Below the pieces are notes generated by a model. It was not told the origin of the DNA and did not search any database. It was given only the letters and a program-made list of their open reading frames with translations. Positions 42,254-53,389 of a stretch of 64,000 nt of DNA are shown piece by piece; within the stretch, counting starts at the first letter, position 1; each line of letters begins with the position of its first letter. The translations under genes and the position numbers were made by a program. Origin of the DNA: an uncultured Planctomycetota bacterium (GTDB lineage Bacteria; Planctomycetota; UBA11346); the NCBI GenBank assembly GCA_963818245.1, contig CAWFSD010000012.1, positions 106,994 through 170,993 of the forward strand. Reading direction: 5' to 3'.

Positions 42254-43561
42254 TCATTCTGGTAGCGGCCGGCCCTTGGTTTCGGGGCAGAACCAGATCA
42301 CCACCAAGCCGACGATGTAGATCAGGGAGACGGTCGCGCACATTTCCGCGAAGCTGCCGTGGAAGACGTCCTTCACCAGGCCGTTCATGACCAACACGCC
42401 CACCGCGGTGAGGATGCGTCCGGAGTTGAAGGCGAAGCCCTGGGCCGCGGCGCGCAGGCGGGTGGGGAAGAGCTCGGGCAGGTAGAGCGGCAGCCAACCG
42501 TAGAAGCTGGCGGTGACCGCGCCGACCACGAACACCCAGCCCAGGAACGCGCCGTCGTAGACCTGGTGGGTGCGGAACAGCCAGGCGCAGGCGCCGAGCG
42601 AGAGCAGGCACATCAGGGCGTAGGTCAGGCGGCGGTTGAGGGCCTGGGCGAGCACGGCAGCGATGAGCGCGCCGACCACCGACCCCGAGCCGGACCAGAT
42701 CTGGGTCCACTGGCGGGCGGTCTCGGACTTGCCGTCGAGGCTGTCGGCGACGATCGGCAGGATCTGCACCGAGCCCCAGGTGCCGAGCAGCGCCACGGTC
42801 GCCAGGGCGGCGGCGAGCAGGGTGCGTCGGCGCAGGGAGGCGGAGAACACCTCGCTGAAGCGCGCCGCCGGCGCCGTGCTGGCGGCGTGCTCCCAGGCCT
42901 TGGACTCGGGCACGAAGATGGTGAGCAGGAAGGTCAGCAGGGCCGGGGCCGCGCCCAGCATCATCAGCAAGCGCCAACCGCCATTGGCGGTCAGGGTACT
43001 GACCGCCTCGTTGCCCAGGCCCATCTCGCTCAGGCCGGCGCCGAGGTCCTTCACGTACAGGCCGGCGACGGCGATGGCCACCAGGCCGATGTTCAGCGCC
43101 GCGCCGATCACGCCGGCGAGCAGCGGCCGCCAGCGCGCCGGCCACACCTCCATGACCAGGGCGACGCCCAAGGCCCACTCGCCACCCATGCCCAGGGCGG
43201 AGCAGAAGCGCAGGCCGGCGAGGGTGTAGGGGTCGTGGGCGAAGCCGCACATCCCGGAGAACACCGAGTAGGTGAGGATCGTCCACGAGAGCGCCCGCAC
43301 CCGTCCGAAGCGGTCGCCAAGCCAGCCGAACACCGCGCCACCGCAGGCGGCGCCGAGCAGGAAGGCGGCGACGATGATGCCGTTCCACAGCGGGCGCTGG
43401 GTCGCGTCCGTGACCAGCTCGGTGAGCGCCGGCTTGCTGACGAGCGGGAACAGGCCCATCTCGACACCATCGAACATCCAGCCCAGGAAGGCGGCGAAGA
43501 GGGCCATCCAGGCGCCCTTGGGCAGGCCTCGGGCGGGAATGGCGGGCGTGGGGCTGGTCAT
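42254..43561 (-). CDS. MFS transporter
   Basis: ATG at 43561 lies inside ORF 42254..43657. There are about 12 hydrophobic segments and the MFS loop motif 'GWLGDRFGR'. Confidence 0.85.
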   Translation of the reverse strand: MTSPTPAIPARGLPKGAWMALFAAFLGWMFDGVEMGLFPLVSKPALTELVTDATQRPLWNGIIVAAFLLGAACGGAVFGWLGDRFGRVRALSWTILTYSVFSGMCGFAHDPYTLAGLRFCSALGMGGEWALGVALVMEVWPARWRPLLAGVIGAALNIGLVAIAVAGLYVKDLGAGLSEMGLGNEAVSTLTANGGWRLLMMLGAAPALLTFLLTIFVPESKAWEHAASTAPAARFSEVFSASLRRRTLLAAALATVALLGTWGSVQILPIVADSLDGKSETARQWTQIWSGSGSVVGALIAAVLAQALNRRLTYALMCLLSLGACAWLFRTHQVYDGAFLGWVFVVGAVTASFYGWLPLYLPELFPTRLRAAAQGFAFNSGRILTAVGVLVMNGLVKDVFHGSFAEMCATVSLIYIVGLVVIWFCPETKGRPLPE

Positions 43562-43952
43562 GCGCGGTCCTCGATGATGGCGGGGGCCCAGTAGCGCCGC
43601 GCCGGGCGCGAGCGCCAGCGTGGAGTTCCGCCGGCGCGGCGCGCGCGACTCACTCAAGTCCTGTCGGGAGGATCGTTTTCAGCAAAAAGCCGCCCGCTCT
43701 GGCCGAGCCGGCGCGAATCGGCGTGGGGATTGGCGGTTCCAGCCGGCAACCGCCGCGCCGACACTCGGTACTCCCTCGCCAGCGCCAACCGAAGGTTCCG
43801 GAGCCCCCGACCGATGCGCCCACACGTCCGCTCCGCCCGTGCCCGGTCCGCCACACCAGTGCGCTCGACCCGCGCGGTCGGGACCGCATCATCACCGCCA
43901 CGCCCGCCGAGGAGATCCCCGTGACCCGCCCTGCCCCAGTGGCCACCTGACC

Positions 43953-45032
43953 ATGGCCGACGCCCCCGCCCTTCCGCCCGTCGGCTTCGCCATCATCGGC
44001 ACCGGCATGATCGCCGCCCACCACGCGCGCGCCATCCGCGCGGTCCCGGACGCGCTGCTGGTCGGCGTGCACTCGCGCGACGCCGCCAAGCGCGCGGCCT
44101 TCGCCAGCGAGCGCGGCATCGCCGCCTTCGCCACGCTGGCCGAGCTGCTCGCCGACCCGCGCGTGCAGGTGGTGGTGGTGGCGACGCCCTCGGGCAACCA
44201 CGCCGAGCACGCCATGGCCGCCGCGGCCGCCGGCAGGCACGTGCTGTGCGAGAAGCCGCTCGACATCACCGTGCCGCGCGCGGCCGCGATCGTCGCGGCC
44301 TGCGCGCACCACGGCGTGATCCTGCTGCCGGTGTTCCAGAACCGCTTCGGCCCGGCGGTGCTGGCGATCCGCGAGGCGCTCGCCGCCGGCCGCCTCGGGC
44401 GCGTGCTGACCGGCCGCGCGACCATGCCGTGGAAGCGCACCATGGACTACTACCGCAGCGGTGCGTGGCGCGGCACCTGGGCGCTGGACGGCGGCGGCTG
44501 CCTGATGAACCAGGCCATCCACACCATCGACCTGCTGGTGCACTTCCTCGGCCAGCCGCTCGAGGTCTTCGGCTACACCGCCACCCTCACCCACCCCGGC
44601 GTCGAGGTCGAGGACACCGCCTGCGCGGTGCTGCGCTTCGCCAGCGGCGCGATGGGCGTGATCGAGGCCAGCACCAGCTGCGACCCCGAGCTGCCGGTGA
44701 CGGTCGCGGTCACCGGCTCGGCCGGCGCCGTGGCGGTGCGCGGCGAGCGCCTCGCCCAGTGGGAGTTCGCGTCCCCCACCGCCGCCGACACCGTGCTGCG
44801 CGCCGAGCTGGTGGTGCCGCGCCCCGACCCCGAGGACGTCGAGGCGCGCTTCCCCAAGCACCGCGCCCAGGTCGAGGACCTGGTCCGCGCCATCCGCAGC
44901 GGCGGCCAACCCTCGATCAGACCCCAGGAGGGCGTGCTCGCCATCGAGGTCATCACCGGGATCTACGAGTCGGCGCGCACCGGGAAGCCGTACCGTTTCG
45001 CTGGAACGACGGCGGCCCCCGCATCGGTCTAG
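43953..45032 (+). CDS. Gfo/Idh/MocA-family oxidoreductase
   Basis: ATG at 43953. The Rossmann motif is 'GFAIIGTGMIAAHH' and the family motif is 'LCEKPL'. Confidence 0.85.
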   Translation: MADAPALPPVGFAIIGTGMIAAHHARAIRAVPDALLVGVHSRDAAKRAAFASERGIAAFATLAELLADPRVQVVVVATPSGNHAEHAMAAAAAGRHVLCEKPLDITVPRAAAIVAACAHHGVILLPVFQNRFGPAVLAIREALAAGRLGRVLTGRATMPWKRTMDYYRSGAWRGTWALDGGGCLMNQAIHTIDLLVHFLGQPLEVFGYTATLTHPGVEVEDTACAVLRFASGAMGVIEASTSCDPELPVTVAVTGSAGAVAVRGERLAQWEFASPTAADTVLRAELVVPRPDPEDVEARFPKHRAQVEDLVRAIRSGGQPSIRPQEGVLAIEVITGIYESARTGKPYRFAGTTAAPASV

Positions 45033-45091
45033 GATCGCCACATCGGTCCAGGGTGCCCCCCACATCGGTCCAGGGTCGCCCCGCGACGGTC

Positions 45092-45223
45092 GGGTTTCAC
45101 CGCCAGGGCGCCATGACGCCAGGGAAGGATCTGGGCGTGGCTGTCCGCGCCTGGCGCGGCGGCGGCCCACTCCGATTCCGCCTTCTTCCTGCCTCCCCTG
45201 GCGCCTTGGCGGTTCAAAACCGG
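45092..45223. repeat. Word-palindrome element (CCAGGG/CCAAGG words)
   Basis: cgggtttcaccgccagggcgccatgacgccagggaagg mirrors ccttcttcctgcctcccctggcgccttggcggttcaaaaccgg. It is preceded by a 22-nt tandem direct repeat, ccacatcggtccagggt.. x2 (45038-45082). Confidence 0.75.
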
Positions 45224-45248
45224 AGTCGCGGAATGGAGGCGCAGGCGG

Positions 45249-46274
45249 TCAGTGCGCGGCGGCGGCGGCCTCGGCGGCGGGGGCCTTCGGCGTGAAGTGC
45301 GCCGCGTGGGTGAGCTGGCGCGCCACCACCATGAACAGCAACGCCAGGGCCAGGGTGCCGGTGATGTAGCCGTGGCGCTGGCCGGGGCCGCGCGTGGGCA
45401 CGCTGATCTCCTTCCACAGCCAGTGCAGCGCCGGCAGCGCGAACAGCACGCCCAGGCCGATGGCGAGGTGGTAGCGCAGGTCGTGCACGCCGGCACCGGC
45501 GACGTAGAGCAGGGGCCCGACGAGGACCTGCAGGGCGAGCGTGGCGAGCGCGACGCTGGCGAGCTGGGTCTTGATCTCGGTGCGGCTGAGCGCGCGGAAG
45601 CGGCCGGTGACGTCGAAGGCGCTGCGCCCGACCACGCGCATCAGGAACACCGCGCTGAGCGTCAGGCTGGCCAGCACCAGGTGCAGGAGGTGCGGCAGCA
45701 CGCCCGGCAGCAGCACCGCGTCGGCGAAGCGCATAGGCTGGCGACCGCCCTGCAGCGCGGAGTCGACCCCGGTCACGTAGATGAGCTGCACCGCCAGGAA
45801 CAGCACCGCGGCGGTGGCGATCATGGTCACGTGCAGGCCCTTGTGGCGGGCGAGCGCGTCCCAGCTCTGCTTGTGCAGCCAGGTCACCGCGAAGGCGGCG
45901 GCGAGCGGCGGCAGCAGCAGCGGCCAGACGCTGCCGATCGGCGAATTGCCCTCGTAGAAGGGCGTCGGGTAGAGCGTGGTGCCGAGCATGATCTCGACCA
46001 CCCCGGTGAGCGCGGCGAGGTTCATCAGCGCGATCAGCGATCCGGCGACGTCGCGCGCCAGCACGTCGTAGTCGCGCACCGCCAGGCCGCGCAGCTGGTA
46101 GACCAGGGTGAACAGCACCCCGCCGACGGTCAACCCGGAGAAGACCAGGTGCAGGAAGGCACAGAGCGCGAGCGCGCCCCCGAGCAGCGGGTGGGCGGCG
46201 AGCACATCGCCGGCGGGCAGCGGCGCGGCGGAGGGGGTGGCGTCCATGGCCGCGAAGTGTGCGGCCTGATGCAT
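45249..46274 (-). CDS. Polytopic integral membrane protein of unknown function
   Basis: ORF 45249..46274 (341 aa) has about 8 hydrophobic segments and several conserved-looking His residues ('HLVF', 'HLLHLVL', 'HWLW'). I recognise no family. Confidence 0.55.
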   Translation of the reverse strand: MHQAAHFAAMDATPSAAPLPAGDVLAAHPLLGGALALCAFLHLVFSGLTVGGVLFTLVYQLRGLAVRDYDVLARDVAGSLIALMNLAALTGVVEIMLGTTLYPTPFYEGNSPIGSVWPLLLPPLAAAFAVTWLHKQSWDALARHKGLHVTMIATAAVLFLAVQLIYVTGVDSALQGGRQPMRFADAVLLPGVLPHLLHLVLASLTLSAVFLMRVVGRSAFDVTGRFRALSRTEIKTQLASVALATLALQVLVGPLLYVAGAGVHDLRYHLAIGLGVLFALPALHWLWKEISVPTRGPGQRHGYITGTLALALLFMVVARQLTHAAHFTPKAPAAEAAAAAH

Positions 46275-46323
46275 CGGCGCAACGGCAGATCACGGCCGGG
46301 GACGGTGTCGCCTCCGTCGCCCG

Positions 46324-46337
46324 GTTCCACGTGGAAG
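46324..46337. promoter_or_regulatory. parS-like site (degenerate)
   Basis: GTTCCACGTGGAAG has a 12-bp palindromic core, TTCCACGTGGAA. It lies in the divergent intergenic region about 20 kb from parAB. Confidence 0.4.
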
Positions 46338-46674
46338 GTCCGCCGCTGCGGCCTCCGGTCCTCCCTCGGCGCCTCTTCGGGAAGCCCTCTGCAAGCTGAG
46401 CTCGCCGAGGAAGCGGGCCCGCCGCACGACCCGGCACATGGCTATAAGCCTGCCATCCGGTTGCGATCCGCGGGGCGGGGATGTACAGTGCGCCCCCTCG
46501 CGGGTATTGAATGGGCCCTTCCACCCTACGCCGCGAATCCTGGGCGGGCGCTGCCCGCGACCGGATATTCCCGTCCACGTCCGCCATCATCGCCGGTATC
46601 ACCATCTCCCATTTCCCGTCCCCTGCGACCGGCGCCAGGCCGCCCGCCGCCATCACCATCCAGGACCGCAGCCC

Positions 46675-49483
46675 ATGACCCCCGCCCGCACCGGACTCCG
46701 CCTCACGTCGCTCGTCTCCCTCCTCGCGGCAGTGGCCGGCGCCGGCGCCGCCGACCTCGCCCCCGGCCTGGTCGGCGAGTACTTCGCGATGGACGCGGGG
46801 CTGGCCGACTTCCCGGCGCTGGCCGCGGACCGCAAGCCGACCCTGGTGCGCGTCGACAAGGACATCAACTTCGCGGGTACCGAGGGCGAGTTCCACAAGA
46901 CCCGCCTGACCACGGATTTCTACGCGCGCTGGAACGGCGTGCTGCACGTCGAGAAGGCCGGCACCTACACCCTGGCGACCGAGTCGGACGACGGGTCCCG
47001 GGTGTCGGTCGACGGCAAGCAGGTGGTCGATAACGGCGGCCCGCACGCGATGATCCGCAAGGAAGGCCAGGTCGAGCTCGGCGCCGGCGACCACCCCATC
47101 CTGGTCGAGTACTACCAGGGCAACGGCGGCTCCGGCTGCCGCCTGCTGTGGAAGGCGCCCGGCGGCGCCGACGACACCCCGGTGCCGGGCAGCGCGCTCA
47201 AGCACGCCAAGGGCAGCCGAGGCGCAGATCGCCTGGGACCAGGCGGCCTGGAAGAAGCGCAAGGGCGGCGGCGGCGTGGGCTCGGGCTGGTTCTATGAGA
47301 CCCAGTACGGCCCCTTCATCGCCGACACCATCGAGGCGCCCGGCAAGAACATCGCCATCAAGGGCACCGCGGTGAAGCTCACCGCCGGCGGCGCTGGCGA
47401 GGAGGCCGTGGTCGGCGCGGTCGCGTTCGACAGCGACCTGCTGCGCGTGGCGGCCGGCTGGACCGGCGGCTTCCTCGAACTCAAGGGCGTCGCCTACGAC
47501 GGCGCGCACGGCGTGCCGGGCCCGCTGGTCAACGGCACCGAGATGTTCGGCACGCCGGTCGGCCCGGGGTGGGCCAAGGGCGACAGCTTCGCCGATCCGC
47601 GCAGCGAGCCGTACGGCCCGCTGCCGGCGGACTGGGCGCACTTCAAGGGCCTCTACCAGTACGGCGACCAGGTGGTGTTCTCGTACAGCGTCGGCGGTGG
47701 CGCGGTGCTCGAGCTGCCCGCCTTCGAGGGCGGCGGCAAGGCCATCAGCCGCACCTTCAACCTCAGCGGCTTCTCCGCCGCGACCATGGTGGTCGCCGAG
47801 CTGGCCGGGGCCAAGGGCGCCCTCGACGGGGCCGTCGCCGAACTCACCGGTGGCGATCGCACGGTCAGCGCCGGCCTGGTCGGCGCGCCCGCGGGCGTCA
47901 CCCTGGCGGTGGTCGACAACCGCATCGTGATGAAGGTGCCCGCGCTCAAGGCCGGGGTCTTCAAGCTGGTGATCACCTCCGAGAAGGCCGCCGACCTCGC
48001 CACCCTGCTCAAGGGCGCCGCGACCATCACCGATCCGGCGACCCTGACCAAGGGCGGCCCGCCGCACTGGGCGCAGGCGATCGAGACCAAGGGCGCGAAG
48101 GGCGAGGGCGAGGCGGCCTACGTGGTCGACACCATCACCGTCCCCGAGGACAACCCCTTCAAGTCGAAGATGCGCCTGACCGGCTTCGACTTCTTCAGCG
48201 ACGGCCGCGCCGCGGTCTGCACCTGGAACGGCGACGTGTGGGTGGTCTCGGGCATCGACGCCGGCCTCGAGAAGGTCAGCTGGCGGCGCTTCGCGGCCGG
48301 CCTGCACCAGCCGCTCGGCCTGAAGATCGTCGACGACCAGGTCTACACCACCTGCCGCGACGGCATCGTGCGCCTGAAGGACCTCAACAACGACGGCGAG
48401 GCCGACTTCTACGAGAACTTCAACGGCGACGTGCACACCACGCCCGCCTTCCACGAGTTCGCCTTCGACCTGCAGACCGATCCGCAGGGCAACTTCTACT
48501 ACGCCAAGGCCGGCCCGGTGCGCGCCGGCGGCCGCGGCTGGGAGACCATCGGCGAGCACAACGGCGTGATGCTGAAGGTCTCGAAGGACGGCAGCACCTC
48601 GGAGGTCTACGCCACCGGCTTCCGCGCCCCCAACGGCATGAGCATCAGCCCCGACGGCCAGATCACCACCGGCGACAACGAGGGCACCTGGACCCCGACC
48701 TCGCGCATCAACCTGATCGAGAAGGGCGGCTTCTACGGCGTGCCCGACCTCGCCCACCGCAAGGTCGTGCCCACCGACTACGACAAGCCGATCTTCTGGC
48801 TGCCCCACGGCGGCATCGACAACTCGTGCGGCGGCCAGGCCTGGGTGATCGGCGACAAGTGGGGCGCGCCCAAGGGCAGCCTGGTCCACCTGTCGTACGG
48901 CACCAGCTCGCTGTTCCTGGTCGCGTGGAGCAAGGAGGGCAGCATGCCCCAGGGCGGCGCGGTGCGGATCCCGGTCAACTTCAACACCGGCATGATGCGC
49001 GCCCGCTTCAACGCCAAGGACGGGCAGCTCTACCTGTGCGGCATGAAGGGCTGGCAGACCAACGGCACCAAGGACGGCGGCTTCCAGCGCGTGCGCTACA
49101 CCGGCAAGCCGATGACCATGCCGATCGGCTACGTGGTCAAGAAGAACGGCGTCTCGCTGACCTTCCAGGTGCCGCTCGACCGCGCCCTGGCGGCGGACAA
49201 GGCCAACTGGTCGGCCACCCAGTGGAACTACCTGTGGACCGGCAACTACGGCTCGCCGGAGATGAAGCCGAGCACCGAGAACAAGCAGGCTGGCCACGAT
49301 CCGGTGGACATCACCGCGATCACCCTGTCGGCCGACGGCAAGACGGTGTTCCTCGAGATCCCGGCGATCAAGCCGGTGATGCAGATGAAGCTCAGCGCGC
49401 ACATGGCGGCCGCCGACGGCACCGAGATCAGCCAGGACTTCTACAACACCGTGAACGTGGTGGGCGAGAAGTCCGGACCCTGA
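46675..49483 (+). pseudogene. Secreted PA14-domain protein with a beta-propeller (membrane-bound-dehydrogenase-like) region, with one frame break near 47215
   Basis: ATG at 46675 is followed by a signal peptide and a PA14 domain ('GLVGEYF...VEYYQGNGGSGCRLLWK', in ORF 46438..47298). The text continues as 'AEAQIAWDQAAWKKRKGGGGVGSGWFYETQYGPF' into ORF 47276..49483, which is intact for 2.2 kb ('DFYENFNGDVHTT', 'GFRAPNGMS'). Confidence 0.75.
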
Positions 49484-49499
49484 TCCAGGGGCCCGGGCA

Positions 49500-49531
49500 C
49501 CGGCTGCGCGCGCTCCCCGCGGCGCAGCCGG
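49500..49531 (+). terminator. GC hairpin after the PA14 gene
   Basis: ccggctgcgc-(12 nt)-gcgcagccgg forms a perfect 10-bp stem, 17 nt after the stop at 49483. Confidence 0.4.
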
Positions 49532-49616
49532 ACCGATCAGGTGACGCGGAAAGTGACTGGACGAAGCTGGCCAAAACGGTCAGCTTCGCGTCGCTTTCAA
49601 GCACTCAGGAGTTCCC

Positions 49617-51968
49617 GTGAGCAGCGCTGCGCAGACCCCCGGATCCGATGACGACACGCCGCGCCCGCCGGGCCGGAACCAGGCGCGGGTCGCGCTCGCG
49701 GTGGCGCTGCTGGCCATCGTCGGCGCGGGGGCGCTGCTGCTCGCCGGTCGCGCGGCGCCGGTCGCGGCGGTGGTGGCGACGGAGGCCACCACGCAGCAGC
49801 CCGGCGCGGCGACCGCGAGCATCCCGACGCCGGGTACGACCCAGGCGGCCAGCCCGCCTGCGGCCACCCCGCCTGCTGCCACCGCCGGGACGGCCACCCC
49901 GGTCGCGATCGGCGGCGCCCGCGTCCGGCGGCACGCCCGCGCCCGCCACCCCCGACAAGCCGGCCGACGAGAAGCTCGAGCCGGGCCTGACCTTCGGCGT
50001 GACCAGCGCGTCCGGCGGCTCCACCGACCTGCGCACCGCGCGCCTGGCCGCGCTCTACGTGCCCGACCAGGAATCCGCGTCGCCGTTCATCGCGCCGGGT
50101 CCCTTCACGGCGACGTGGGAGGGCTACATCACCAAGGACATCTGGGAGAAGACCACCTTCTCGGCCGAGGGCAGCGGCGCGCTGACCGTCACCCTCAACG
50201 ACAAGGCGGTGCTGACCTGCCCGGGTCCCGACCTGGCGGGGCCGACCGGCACCATCCGCGTCGACAAGGGCCGGACGCGCCTGCGCATCACCTACACCGC
50301 GCCGGCGACCGGCGTGGCGCGCGCGCGCCTGTTCTGGGAGACCCGCGACATCCCGCGCGAGCCGGTGCCGCCCACCGTGTTCGTGCACAACGTCGCCGAC
50401 AAGCCCTTCAAGGCCGCGCTCAAGCAGCACCACGGCCTCGCCCAGCTCGGCGCGCTGCGCTGCACGAAGTGCCACCAGAGCGACGCCAGCGCTGCGGCCG
50501 GCGGGCTGCCCGAGCTGGCCACCGACGCGCCCGACCTGCGCGAGGCCGGCGGGCAGTTCAACGCCGCGTGGATGGCGCGCTGGATCGCCGACCCGCAGGC
50601 TCTGCGCCCGGGCGCGGCGATGCCGCGACTGCTGCACGGCGCGGACGCGCCGCAGGCCGCGGCGGACATCGCCGCCTTCCTCGCCACGCTCGGCAAGGCC
50701 GCCGAGTTCACTCCGAGCCGACGAGCAGCGCATCGCCGGCGGCTACATCTTCACCAAGCTCGGCTGCGTGGCCTGCCACGCGCCGGCCGGCGACACGCCC
50801 GCGCACATCTCCCTGGCGGGCGTGAAGGCGAAGTGGCAGCCGGCCGCGCTCGCCGAGTTCCTCAAGCAGCCGAACAAGCACTACGCGTGGATCCGCATGC
50901 CGACCTTCGGCTTCACCGATGACGAGGCCAGGCAGCTCGCCGCCTTCGTGCTGTCGCGCGCGGACAAGGACGCGGACAAGGACGCGAAGGCCCTGGCCGG
51001 CGACGCCGCGCGCGGCAAGGCGCTGGTCGCGAGTTCCGGATGCGCGGGCTGCCACCAGCTCGGTGACGGCTTCGCGCGCGCCGCCGGCGCCCAAGCTCGC
51101 CGAGCTCGCCGGCAAGACCGCGGGCGGCTGCCTGGCCACCGGTGGCGACGAGGCGGCGCGCGGGCGTGCGCCGGAGTTCACGCTCAGCGGCCCGGACATC
51201 TCGGGCCTGCGCGCGATCCTCGCCACCGACCTGGCCGCGCTCAAGCGGCGCAGCCTGCCCGAGTTCGCCGAGCGCCGCTTCGCCGCGCTGCGCTGCATCG
51301 CCTGCCACACCCGCGACAACACCGAGGCGCTGCTCGCCGACTACAAGCCCGAGGCCGACAAGATCCTCGCCGACCTGCCGCCGAAGCCCGACGCGGCCAA
51401 CACCGACGGCGCCACCGGCGCGTTCGAGCAGCCGCGCCCGCTGCTGACCTTCATCGGCGACAAGCTGCGCCCGGAGTGGGCGGCGAAGTTCATCGCCGGC
51501 GAGCTGAAGTGGCGCCCGCGCCCGTGGCTGCAGATGCGCATGCCGGCCTTCCCGGCGGCCGCCGACCTGCTCGCCCAGGGCTTCAGCCTGGAGCACGGCC
51601 TGCCGCCGGTGACGCCCGCCGACCCCGTGGTCACCGACCCGCCGGCCTCGTTCGGCAAGGACCTGACCGGGCCCAACGGCGGCTTCAACTGCTCCGGCTG
51701 CCACGGCATCGGCTCGGCCGCGCCCACCGCGGTCTTCGAGGCGCCCGGCGTGAACCTCGGCTACGCCACCCAGCGCCTGCAGAAGGACTACTACCACCGC
51801 TGGCTGCGCGCGCCGCTGCGCTTCGACCCGCTGACGCGCATGCCGCAGTTCTCGACCGACGGCACCACCCCGATCACCAACATCCTCGATGGCAAGGCCA
51901 AGGACCAGTTCGAGTCGATCTGGGGGTACCTGGTGGAGGTGGCGAAGGGCACGGACTACGTGCATTGA
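49617..51968 (+). pseudogene. Membrane-anchored protein with five CxxCH heme-binding motifs, with three frame breaks
   Basis: AGGAG lies 7 nt before GTG at 49617. The protein has a TM anchor and a Thr/Pro/Ala linker. The CxxCH codons are at 50461 (CTKCH), 50764 (CVACH), 51041 (CAGCH), 51294 (CIACH) and 51690 (CSGCH). The frame hops near 49915, 50715 and 51075 across ORFs 49617.., 49648.., 50768.. and 50919..51968. Confidence 0.7.
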
Positions 51969-52156
51969 GGCCCTGCCCGATACCCCGCGGATGGCGTCGC
52001 AAGGCGGCTGACGGGGAACCAAGCGGCGAAGGCTGGGGAAATCCGCGGTGCTGCACGAGGAGAGTCCGCAGGTTTCGCAGGTGGGCGAGTGATCGAGCGG
52101 GTGGCTGATACGTGGACTGACGTTCGGGAGGGTGGATAACGGCTTGAATCGTCAGT

Positions 52157-52171
52157 GTACCTTTCTGGTAC
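52157..52171. promoter_or_regulatory. Candidate operator (inverted repeat GTACC-N5-GGTAC) upstream of the GntR-type regulator
   Basis: gtacctttctggtac is at 52157-52171. A half-site-like repeat, tgtaccttt, recurs at 52222-52230, 70-85 nt upstream of the regulator start at 52241. Confidence 0.3.
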
Positions 52172-52240
52172 CGCCGTGGAACTGGCTCGGGAAATCCACG
52201 GCAACACGTCGGGTTTCTTTCTGTACCTTTCCTGTCCCAC

Positions 52241-53389
52241 ATGGCTGGCCCGACCCTCTCTCCACGCGCGCGCTCGCTCCGGCAGCTGCGCACCTGGCTG
52301 GCCGACGGTACCATCGCCATCGGCGAGCGGCTGCCGGCGGAGGTGGAACTGGTCGCAGCGCCTGGGCGTATCGCGGCGCACGGTGCGCGCGGCGCTCGCC
52401 GAACTGGCGGCGGAGGGGCGCATCGATGACCGCGGCCTGCAGGGGCGCTTCGCGGTGCGCGCGCGTGGGGCGGGGGGCGGCAGCCTGCTCGCCGAGACCG
52501 TGGTGGTGCTCAGCCACCTGTCCGAGGAACTGGCGCCCGGCCGCCTGCCGGGGGCCTTGCTGGCGATCGATGCCGGTTTCGTCGAGGCGACGCGCGGGGC
52601 GGGGCTGACGCCGCTGCTGGTGCACCTCGATGGGCTCGCGGAACCACGCGCGGCGGAGCGCTGGCGCGCGCGCCTGCTGGCGGCGCCGCCGGCCGCGGTG
52701 GTGTTCGGCGCGCGCGCGTCCACCCTGCCCACCGCCTGGTTGGAGCGCACCGTCACCGAGCTGCACGCCAGCGGGGTCCCGGCGCTGGCGTACGGCGACG
52801 AGCCGTGGGCGGCGGGCTGCGATCGCGTCGAGAGCGACCACGCGCACGGCGCCGCGGCGCTGACCGCCTGGCTGATCGCGCGCGGCGCGACGCGCGTCCT
52901 GCGCTGCTGGGCGCCGGGCGCGCCGGGCACCTGGCAGGCGCGCCGCGACCTGGGCGTCGCGCGCGCCGTGCGCGCGGCCGGGTTGGAACTGCTGCCGCAC
53001 GCGCCGCCGCTGCCAGGCGGCGGCGACCTCGAGACGCGCGCGCGCCTGCAGGCGGCGGCGCTGCTCGGGCGGCTGCCGGCGGGCTGGCGACGCGGGGGAC
53101 GACCGCGCTGCTGGCGATCTCCGATTCCGAGGCCTTCGCCTGCGCGCGCGCGGCGGCGCTGCTCGGCCGAACGGTGCTGGTCGGCGGCTACGACCACTAC
53201 TGGCGCCAGCGCGACGAGCTGGCGCAGGGCGCGGCGCCGCCGCTGGCCTCGGTCGACAAGCGCAACCGCGAGCTCGGCGCGGCGCTCGCCGGGCTGTGCC
53301 GCGCGCGCCTCGCCGGCGAACTGCCGGCGGCGGCGCAGCTGCGCCTGCTGGAACCCATCCTGGTGCCGACCGGCGAGGAACCGTCATGA
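52241..53389 (+). pseudogene. GntR-family regulator with a LacI/PBP-like C-terminal sugar-binding domain (AraR-type architecture), with two frame breaks
   Basis: The wHTH region reads 'LRQLRTWLADGTIAIGERLPAEVEL' (ORF 52241..52429) and continues as 'LGVSRRTVRAALAELAAEGRI' (ORF 52155.. frame). The PBP-like body lies in that frame up to about 53090. The tail 'TTALLAISDSEAFACARAA...VGGYDHYW' lies in ORF 52805..53389. Confidence 0.7.

Noticed and set aside
45038-45082. The 22-nt tandem direct repeat (ccacatcggtccagggt.. x2) considered as a possible transcription-factor binding array or iteron.
   Set aside because: There are only two copies, immediately beside a word-palindrome element between two convergent gene ends. 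It is most simply local slippage belonging to that element, and no associated replication or regulatory gene is present.
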